Below are positions 54,313 to 64,000 of a stretch of 64,000 nucleotides of DNA, piece after piece. The notes under the pieces were generated by a model. That model was given only the letters and a program-made list of their open reading frames with translations, did no database searches and was not told the DNA's origin. Every line of letters starts with the position of its first letter. Positions within the stretch are counted from its first letter, which is position 1. Position numbers and translations under genes: made by a program. Origin of the DNA: Rhina ancylostomus (lineage: Eukaryota); NCBI GenBank assembly GCA_030265395.1, contig JARFYF010000074.1, positions 29,805,645 to 29,869,644 of the forward strand, in the 5' to 3' direction.

Positions 54313-55134
54313 CTGTCTCCAACTGCTCAAGTATCGCAGAAAGCAGCTGATGTCTGCCCTCGACAAAGTGAGACATTGAACATCGATAATGTGGGCAAAG
54401 TGATGGGAACGGATTTCGCTCCCGTTCGATTACAGTCAGGATTTTTAGTCATCAGATTTTTCTACCATAGGTAATTGTTCACTGCTATGAAAAGTCTCCC
54501 GCAATAATATCATAATATGTTAATGTTGTAATAGGTATTTATTACCTGATAATTAAGTCAATTTTTGGGAAACATTTAAACTCAGCAAATGTCGAAACAT
54601 AAACAGAATACCAAAGGTAACGGAACTATGTTATTGTGATACATATAAATAACAGCAGTTGATAACCAAAATGGCTGCATTCCCTAATGAATCCGTAAAC
54701 CTATTACATACATAATACAGTAAATAAATTAAAGGTGTTTAAGGTAGTGGAACTCGTTCCAGTTCAGTGACTCTTTTAATCGCTGTTGTATTTTGCTTAT
54801 GAAATATTATGCATATGTCAAATCAAACTTTCGTTAAAAAGCGTTACTTTTACCACAAGCTGGAAAACTACCAACAAGTCGAAACTGGAATAAATTACAC
54901 GACGCTTTTCATGTTTTCTTACCATCAATCCGTTTATTTAATGGGGTAATATGGATAGTACTCCAAGTTACGATGTTAATTTAGCATTTATTCTGAAACA
55001 TTTCTAATCGGTAATCAAAAAGTTACTTTACTCTGATACTTTCCTGTATTTTACGTGAAATCACGTTACAGAAAACGAAAGACTGAACACCCGGCTTTTT
55101 CTGAGCTGGGGGTCAAAAATAAGAAAAAAATCAT

Positions 55135-55245
55135 TTTCAAATATAAGATAAAAACAGAAAATGCTGGGAATTAGCAGGACTGGCAGCAGCTGCGGAGAGA
55201 GAAACAGAGTTAACGTTTCAGTTCTATAACTTTTCATCAGAATTT
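55135..55245 (-). mobile_element. Penelope-like terminal fragment with a hammerhead ribozyme core
   Basis: Minus strand reads CTGATGA-AAAGTTATAGAACT-GAAACGTT-AACTCTGTTTCTCTCTCCGCAGCTGCTGCC..CAGCATTTTCTGTTTT. Confidence 0.75.
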
Positions 55246-58200
55246 TAGTTTTCAAGTATGTCGACAAGCCATGTTCAGGGCAGTTTGCGTATTCTCCTTA
55301 CTGTATCATGTTCTGATTGAAAATGATCATCATGGATAAATGAAAACGAATGACGTGTTACCAAAACAATTACAAATATTACATTGCGACTTCATTGTCC
55401 GTTTAGTAATGTTTACACGCTGTTCGTTAAAATTAAATATAACGATAAAATTTTGGGATTTCGATATGCTTTCATATTTTTCAAGATTTCGTGTATCCCC
55501 TATTGTAACTGATCAGTTGTAAACGTTACTGATCAATAACAAGTCTAACGTTTACCATAAACCTTCAAACATGTCCGACAAAATTGAAACATTTCATAAT
55601 GTAAATGATTAATCTAATCTCTAACATCATTTGCATTTTACCATATTCTCGTACAAAAGATTCTAACAGTTTAAAACACAAATAAAAATTGATACATTAC
55701 AGACCTTCACGAAAGGAGATCAAAAACTAAGAATATTAATTTTTGTGAAGTGATTCGAAAGAAAACAGTTTTGTATATAATTACAAATTCATCAAAATAT
55801 GTAAGCTCTCACAACATTTAGCAACGAGCTCTATTTTCCAGGATGAAAGTGAAATTATACAATTAACTTCTCTTTTCTATGAGATACTATTGAATATTGA
55901 TTTTGTAGTCATTATATTCATAATCTTTTCCCTTGCTGGTTTCTGAGCTAAAATTGGTGCAGGCTGGATGCAATAGAAGCCTTTTATCTTGCCCATCATT
56001 TTGTACATTGTACCATTTCTAGTTCGACTCATTATATTTGTGTAAATAGAAACTTAATTACTTGAAGAAAAAAGATGCCATGTTCGTAAACACATCGATC
56101 GCGGTGTTGGGAGGAGAAATGAGTTTTTGAAATGGGAAACATTCCCGATTTCTAAGAAACAAACAATATTCAATAAACTTTTTATAGGGGTTGCCGAAGA
56201 GTTTGATATCTACGCTATAGATTACGATTTCACTTTTACCCACAAACTTCACATCGTATTGAAATTGGAAATATATTTTTAAAAATCCAGTGCTGAACTC
56301 CGCCGGTCATTTGTTAAATTAAATATAATTTCATTCAAATTCGCGGGAAATGAAATTATTCAAACTCAAATATATTCGTAATGCAGAAAAGTTCCAATTA
56401 AGCTTCTCTTTATAACGAATTTATTTATTTCAGTTTATATATCTTTTCACTTAATTAACTAGCTTTAAGCCACGATTTATCCTAATTCCGTTTACTTTTT
56501 CACTTAGTGCCAATATTTACTTCGAATGACAGCATTTCATCCTTTAAAATAAACGCGCGATTGATAAATACTAAAAAAGGATTTAATTTTCCACTTTTAA
56601 TCTGAAATTATCCATTTACTTTCCGTTATCAGACAGAAGTCAGAATATTGCAATAACCAATACATTATCAGAATATCAGTCTTTCTCATCGATCAACATT
56701 TCTGTAATATTGTGAAGGATGCATCAAATAAAACATCCTACCAAAATTATCCCAAACGAGACATGCTTTGATCATGCCTGTAATATGTAACGCTTTACTT
56801 TAAAATGTTGGACAAACGTTGACTTGAAATTAGGGATCATTAGCACTTGAAAAATATTGCTTTCCGTAGCAGTGTTTCCATAGCAAAATCGCCAAATTGT
56901 TTTAATTCTATAGATTTGACCCTGACGAGAAATGTGAGTTTCAACAAAGAGCGAACATTTAGTTCAGTTTTTAAACCGTTAAATAAGTTAACACAAAGTG
57001 GTCATTTATACAAATGCAAGTTCTTTCTTTTGTGAAGCACTCAGATACTCACGAGGGCTGAAAAGATTAAGAAAAAAAGTGTTTTAAGATGCATCGTCCT
57101 TTATTTTATTTAGGCGTTTATCTTATAGTGAGCCCGACATTGATTGTATGTACAAACACCTTAAAGTTATATAAAATGGTGCTTAGATTGTTTATAACAT
57201 TCTACCTTGTCATCTGAGTTAGTAATATAGGACTCTTTTCGTCGAACAATCAAATACAACATTCCCCAGAATGCATAATTTAATGAAAAGTCAATTTTAA
57301 AGTGTATGCTGTTTTCCAGATCAGATCATTTGTAAACGATTGAGAAAAGAAGACTTTTTTTGATAACTATCAAGATAATTGAAAACAAAATGCCTTGCTT
57401 TCAAGCCTCTAGGTAAATAAGACTGCTTCATTTTCTAGATGTAATACTTTTACATTGAACGTTTGACAAGTGATTTGCATTGGCCACTCCACGTACCAAG
57501 ACTCCTACTCCCCGCCCCGTCCTCAGACAGCATACACAAATTTCCTTTTGGAAAGGTCTGTTATTCATCCTTTATATCCCAAGACCCATTGAACTCGCCC
57601 GTTAGCTTGGGAATCTTTTTTTAGTTGGTACTTAAGCAAGATAGATTTCTCAAGTCGCGTGAGAAATGTTTATACGGAACGATTGTGCATCTCTGCCACA
57701 ACATACAGAGGAAATTAACAACATCACGCATGGTAGACTAATCGTAGTAAGTTGTGCCTGGAATTATGACCAATACCCGTCGCAATCAGGGAACATCTAC
57801 GAAAATAATTTTATAGGCCTCTACAATTTGTGTTTTTAAAACAGGAGATGTGATTGAAATTGTTTTTCTGAGTATCTTATTTTGTCGTCTATCTTTTTAA
57901 TCTTAAAGGAACGCGAACAGTGTTTAGTGCGCTCTTCTATTCCAGATGTAACCCAACATTTCGCTTCATCTTTCTCAGCCTATGTTGCTTCCAACCAAAA
58001 CTAGTAAATCAATATAAAAAATGCATAATTATTTCTGAACACTTTTACAAGTTTCAGGTATCAATTTCTGACGTAAAGACGATAAATTATTTGCGTCATT
58101 GTAATACAAACATTGAATTAATATAACGTAATATAGGTTATTAATAATGTACATTATTGACAAAATGGGAAACTATAATAGATAACAATTAAATTGCACA

Positions 58201-58677
58201 TTAGTTCTTAGAGATAAGACGACGAGCAATTTCGCAACTAAGGGTCAGAATTGATAGCATTACAAAAACATGACGAAGGCTTAAAATATAAATAGCCAAC
58301 CTTTCTGGAGTATGCTTTCTGGATATTTTATAGAATATACTTTATTAAAATCTGCAGTCAAATTGTTGAAAGAGTTTGCTTTTAAATTAAACCAATTCCT
58401 CTTAAATTGATTAAAACCAGCTTTTCTAAATTTCAGTGTGATATTTTTATAAATTGATTTTCTGCTGATCTGAGCACAATCTATTAACACCAAAACATTT
58501 GCAGGCGTTTCATTAAAGCAAAGCTCCTTCCACCAATAGGATGGGACTTTCGCAACCCAAAACTGAGCTAGCAATATTATTGACAACATTGATGTCTTTA
58601 AAAATGATGAAAATATACCATGCTCACTTGACATGAAAAAAACATTAAAATAATAAACAGGATGGCTACGACCTTAC

Positions 58678-58915
58678 CTTGAAGCTTTTCTGCTTGCAGA
58701 CTTTGCAAATATAGGTGTGATTACCTGCCAGAACTGTGATGGCCGAACAGTGAAGTGCAGTTTTATTAGGAAGGCCTGATCAGAGTGCTGCCACCTTGGC
58801 ACAATCGATGGTGAGGGAAAGAGAAAGCGACTCGTCTCACGACATCACGTTCTCCTGCGTCCAACAGGATCTCCAGTACGTCAGGGCAACGTACTGTATG
58901 CCCCCGGAACTTCCA
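58678..58915 (-). other. Candidate upstream non-coding first exon and promoter of PURA
   Basis: Minus-strand donors AAG|GTAAGG (58678/58677) and CAG|GTAATC (58725/58724). CpG-rich, with half-CRE TGACGTA (58877-58883) and ETS-like CCGGAA (58904-58909). Confidence 0.5.
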
Positions 58916-60779
58916 GCAGCAATCGAGGATTCGGAGGAGCTGATGGTGATTTTCTTAAAAGGTTACTTATAAGGAGAATTTTTTTAAATCATTCGCTTAC
59001 CACACATTAGATTTTATGGGCTCTTTTTGTCGAGAGTGTAGCCGGCGGGTCTGGATTGCAATGGAAAATAACTACAGTATTTCTTCTCGCAAAAGTCTCG
59101 ATAATGTGCACTGGGAGGGATGTTGTTAAACTCATAGTTCAATGAATTTTTTATATGCTGCATTGTTTTACTGAGAGATTGGCTGACGTTTCTGTTGATT
59201 TTGAGGTGCAAAGGTGAAAAGGCTTACGGATATTGTATGGGCCGATATTTAAAATCTGTAAAAATGCAGTTTTCAATACTAAATGGTTACAGTAGGAACT
59301 GTCGAGATTTTTGCAGTTCGTAGCAAAGCAGTTGACGTCCGATGTTAATGCGCTTCATAGTTTCTATAGATAATTTACTCATTTCACATATCCATGTCAT
59401 CGCTGCATTGTGCAAAATTACCCTCCCGCCATTTCATAAATGTACATTTTCACAAATAACATTTGCCTGCACATCACATCACAATTATAGGGAATAAATA
59501 TGCGGTTGCAACCAATCGCTTGGGAGGGAGTGTTTTACAAAGTCAGTTTTCAAGACTGCTTAGATATGAGCTCTCTGTCACAAGAAAACAAATGTATAGA
59601 TCTTAAAAATGGTAGATACTAACAATGAAACTTTTAAAATCAGGTCAACGAAGTGAATTCAAATAGCGTAGTGGTTACTAAATTAATTTGGTGGGAGTGT
59701 TCGCATAGAGCAGTTCGCGCGGGTCTTGAAAGATGGAAGGAATATCTTGCAACAGGGAAAAGGAAAAGGCTAAAGTGGAAAGGGATAATATAAACAGAGC
59801 CAGTAAATTAACCATGGCTGACAAGTGAATTGAGCTACCCACGGGTAAGGGTATTAGAATTAAAAAGTGAAGTAAATAATTGAATCATAGAGATGAAATA
59901 ATAACGGTTCAGGAATAGGCAAGCAAGGCTTCATTCATTTGGAGGGAACTGCTAAATATGGCCCCCAGAAAAAGAGCGTAAGAATCATTATCATCTTTGC
60001 TATTGACAACTATAATAAAACGCCTAAGGTAAACTTGTCCAAGTGATAAGTGAAACCTGCTAAGTTCCAAAAAAATGTAAATGCATAGAGTTAGTCGGGT
60101 GTAGAATGTTCGGGACCAACAGAACACTTGCAGAGTGAAGCATGCAGAACATGTGGGAATGAAACACTAAGAGTTATAACATGATGGAAGATTTAACTGT
60201 ATGAAGCAATGAATAGAAAATTTTAGTGAGCAGAATAAAGTTAGCTGACGTTATATTCCTATTGGTGGGTTAAAGGGAGAGGAGGTAGAAGAGGCCAAAC
60301 TCAGAGTAATGCTGTGGTTTCAATAATAAGAGGGAATTGTACTGATTGAGGTGACAGAAATAGAAAGGAACAAAACTAGTAAATGTAAGAATGAGAACTT
60401 CACATTTAAATAACCAGTAACCCAGGATATATGTTGACAACCAAAGATCAGGTGATGGGTGGATGTGACTTGGTGCAGCAGAGGTGTTTTGGAATGACGG
60501 AAGTTTATGGAGGGGAGGATTGTGTCCAACCAGGAGGAAAGTGACAGTCATATTCGGAGGTGATAAAGACAGATGTGTTTGGTATATATTTACCATCATT
60601 GCGAGGTACTATCATCCTTGAAATAACAAAGTAACTGTCAACGTTGGATTAAAATTTCAAGATTATACTTACTTAGGCTTTAGGTTGTTAAGTGTGAATG
60701 CAAAATAAGATAGCTTTTGGTAAAACTCATGCCTGTGAGTGAGTACCCCTACTGTGGAAGTTTAATTTCAAAGTTTAGG

Positions 60780-61050
60780 CTGACGTTTCAGAGCACCACT
60801 GAAGGAACATCGTGTTTCAAATGAGACGTTAAAAATAAGCTGTCCTCTTAGGTGGATGTAAAGTTGTGTTTGCTAATATTGGTCCTTCAATTAACATCTG
60901 TAGTACAAATTATTAATATTGTATTGCTATTCTTTGGATCTTGATTGGTGCAACTTGATTACCACATTGCCTACTTTCTAACACTGACTGCTAATTAAGT
61001 GCTTCCTTAGTTAATTAGTTGGGGTTGTCTTGAGCTTGTGAAAATACATT
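60780..61050 (+). mobile_element. Deu-SINE (SacSINE1/AmnSINE1-like)
   Basis: GCTGAC..CACTGAAGGA..ATGAGACGTTAAA..AGGTGGATGTAAAG..GGATCTTG..TGCAA..CCTAC. Confidence 0.65.
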
Positions 61051-61775
61051 TTAATGTTCTTTAAATGGAACCTGCAGTACATTTAGCAAGTTTCATATTG
61101 ATTAAGCTCTGATGGCATTGCTTGTTGTTTAAATTTAAACTACTTTACTTTCTATCTCTCTTTATCTCTTAAAACATTTTTTTCTTTCCCTCTTTATTTC
61201 TCTTTCCATTCTTAATTCATCCTTTCTAATTTGCACATTCTGTTTATTTCACAATACTTCATTCTGATTGCCTACAAGCTGCAATTTCTTGGCCTATTCA
61301 CTCAGAACCTAGATGTTTTTCTCCTTCACTGCAATGTTATCAGCTAGCATTTGCAGCAAGTTGCAATGTAAATAATGCAAAAATTTAAATACCTAAAAGC
61401 AAGCATTCCTAACAGGGATAGTGTTGGATCATTTGCCATATCAAATTATGGGCCAGTGAAGTCACGATAGTGAATTGGAAATTGAGATGAAAAGAGCGTA
61501 TTGAAGGCTTCTTTAAGAGATGTGGATTTGTAGTATTTGCTCTTTGGTAACAGGCAGTAAATGCTGGCAAAGCAGGCATACATCATGATGGCAGCATAAA
61601 TAATAGGACAAAGGGAGTCAATTACAGAAAAGACTACAGAGGCAATCCTGAGGTTAGAAATAGACCTGCAAAGCGAAATAACAAGTCAGAAAATAGGTCT
61701 GGGCTGAGATATCCTGACAAAGAAAAATAAATTTCTGAGCCAAGGGCCTGGGAGCATGAATAGATAGGTTGGGCA

Positions 61776-62035
61776 TCATAGACTCACAGAGTTATACAGC
61801 ATGGAAACAGGCCTTTTGGCCCAACTTGACTATGCCAACCATTTAACTGAATTTGGCCCATATCCCTCTAAGCATTTCTTATCCATGTACCTGTCCAAAT
61901 GTCTTTTAAACGTTGTAGTTGTACCTGCCTCCACCACTTCCTTTTGCAGCTCATTCCACATACCCACCACCCTCTGTGTGAAGAAGTTGCTCCTCAGGTC
62001 CCCTTTAAATCTTTCTTCTCTCATTTTAAATCACT
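61776..62035 (-). mobile_element. HER1/CR1 LINE 3' tail, fairly young
   Basis: RFKGDLRSNFFTQRVVGMWNELQKEVVEAGTTTTFKRHLDRYM..EGYGP. Confidence 0.9.
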
Positions 62036-62532
62036 TTGACAATGACTTGGAAGTCTCAGACAACTGGATTATTCACAGACCTTGAAGGCAGACAGTTCAG
62101 AGGAAGAGTCTGCCATTTATTTGAATAACGTAAGAGTCAGTTCACAAAAGGTTTAGGATTTCTGTTGCATCACTACAATAGTCCACAAACAAGATGAGAC
62201 TTGGCACAAAGTAATTGCAGTGATGTGATATTGATTATGTCTAGCAAAGACAATATTGTGGAGAGGAAGAGACTGCATGAACTCTGAGGAAGATTTTACC
62301 ATCTTCAAGACTCCTAATTACAGAACTGCTAAATGGACTGAAACAAGCACAGACTGGGTTGGATATGTTGAGGATGTGAAGGCAGTTTGATAGTCTGAAG
62401 ATCTTCTGATGATATGCACCAGATATGGACCTACTAATGTCAGCTCAGGACAGCGTGTGTCATGGTTCTGAGTTCTGGTCCTCAATTTGGCTCCATTAAT
62501 GCCTTGTTGTCCAGCACATGGATTCCATGCTG
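62035..62532 (+). mobile_element. LINE 5'/ORF1-region fragment
   Basis: Degenerate text resembling the 5' region of chondrichthyan CR1/L2 LINEs (AGGACAGCGTGT..TGCCTTGTTGTCCA..ATTCCATGC). Confidence 0.4.
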
Positions 62533-62557
62533 NNNNNNNNNNNNNNNNNNNNNNNNN

Positions 62558-62703
62558 CACTATTTCAATAGGGCCTATGTGCAGTAATTTAAGTGTTGTA
62601 TGTATTAATTATTGATTGATTGATTTTATGGGCTTTGGTGGTCCGCCATCTAACAAGGACATGTTCTGGGGGTCCGCAGCATGATAAAGATTGAAAACCA
62701 CTG
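62558..62703. mobile_element. hAT-Charlie-type DNA transposon end
   Basis: Terminal ..GGGGTCCGC..AAAGATTGAAAACCACTG (reverse CAGTGGTTTTCAA, a Charlie-type TIR), next to an N gap. Confidence 0.6.
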
Positions 62704-63869
62704 CAGTAATGGACCAAATACATTGGATAGTTGGTATTAATGATAAAAGTTATTGGATTCTATGTTAAATCTTGTGGCGACAATTAGTTGTGTTCAGGTT
62801 ACACAAAGGAAATACAGATCCAGATATGTCATGCAACATTGTCAAAGTCATGAAGGCAATTATTTGAGGCAACAATTACAAGACAGGATTTGAAACTTGA
62901 TGCACATAGTGCCTACTTGAAGAATAGATCCTGTGGAGTCACTAGTACATGGATTGGAGACTTCAGGGATGTTAAATCCAACTTGCACTGAAGGGTTCAG
63001 TGAACAAGAAGGCCAAAAGATTGACTGAATTCATAATTGTTTGAATTTGTGACTATATTAATGTAACTCATTAACCTACATATTAGCTTAATGTATTAGT
63101 TAATATAAGCTAATGACCATCAGGGTTTTTTTCTCAAGGGGGAAACAGGATACCTTTGAAGAACTGGTTTGTGTTATGTGGTGTGAGTCTCCTTGTTGTC
63201 TCCTGATCTGAAGTTCACTTCAGTTACAGCCTTCATTAAAGGATGTTCTGTTCTAGCTCCACATCAGTCTGACTGCCTTTGTCTGTAATAACAAAAAGTA
63301 ACATACAGACACTATTGTACAGTCACCAACTGATTCAGATCTGACACTTGAGACAATACAGCAGAAGTCACATGCTGTAATACCTCTGGCAGTGAGTGCT
63401 GACAGCATCTTCCTGGACTAAAGCATCCTGAACACCTCACTTCTATTAGTATCAGCTGTTCTTCTGTCATTGACTTATCAGTCTGAAGTCTGGAAAACTT
63501 GCTCAATAATGATTTAGTAGGCAAATCATCAAAAGGTTCAGAGTGTAAGAGAAGCTCATAACTAGTTTTCACAAAGAATTCCTAATAATGCAAAAAATGG
63601 AAGGAAATTCACTTCCATTAGTATTCTTTTTGAAATCTTAAGGAATGTTGCACTGAAATACCCAGTTTTAGAAACAGATTTCAGATGGCCAGTTTGACAA
63701 TGGTTCAGTTATGCATTCAGTATTTATGTTTTCAGTAATTCATTTTCAACAGGTAATGAATTACTTTTACAGATTTCAAGGAGACAGTGTAAATTGTAGC
63801 TTGGCAATTGTCTTTTTTATCTTGGACTCATGATAATGATGTTGTGATACTTAATTATAAGGATATATT

Positions 63870-64000
63870 TTTACATTTTAGAGTTGCTGCTACTTGTATT
63901 ATCATAATAACATTATCCAAGAATATTCCCACCCTCAATGAAAGCAGTGCCCAGAACATGAGAACTAAAGAAAAGGCTGAAGCATTTGCAGCCATGTTCA
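63870..64000 (+). mobile_element. L2/CR1-superfamily LINE fragment
   Basis: AATATTCCCACCCTCAATGA..GCCCAG..AAAAGGCTGAAGCATTTGCAGCCATGTTCA (KAEAFAAMF). Confidence 0.6.

Overview
AT-rich, TE-rich vertebrate genomic DNA. The repeat landscape (V-SINE/HE1, HER1/CR1 LINEs, Penelope-like elements, Deu-SINE, Rex1/Babar) points to a cartilaginous fish, probably a batoid. The only intact protein-coding gene is PURA (minus strand, 54153->53247). Its single coding exon is split by a 100-N gap with duplicated flanks and reconstructs to 266 aa. It has a long TE-free 3'UTR, a CpG-rich 5' region and a probable upstream non-coding exon near 58.7-58.9 kb. The main unexplained signal is a large decayed coding sequence on the minus strand downstream of PURA (~36.5 kb -> 11.3 kb), invisible in the ORF track because of stops, frameshifts and TE insertions. 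Hand translation gives blocks that are colinear, often in register, with the C-terminal domain of the germ-cell protein TOPAZ1 as I recall it, but with far fewer introns. It looks like a divergent, intron-poor TOPAZ1 paralogue (possibly an old retrogene) that has since died. That identification rests on remembered sequence and needs a homology search. Other leads: a decayed Ly6/uPAR-like ORF at 1.3-1.7 kb, orphan CpG islands, and hammerhead-ribozyme remnants from Penelope elements. Repeat boundaries are approximate.
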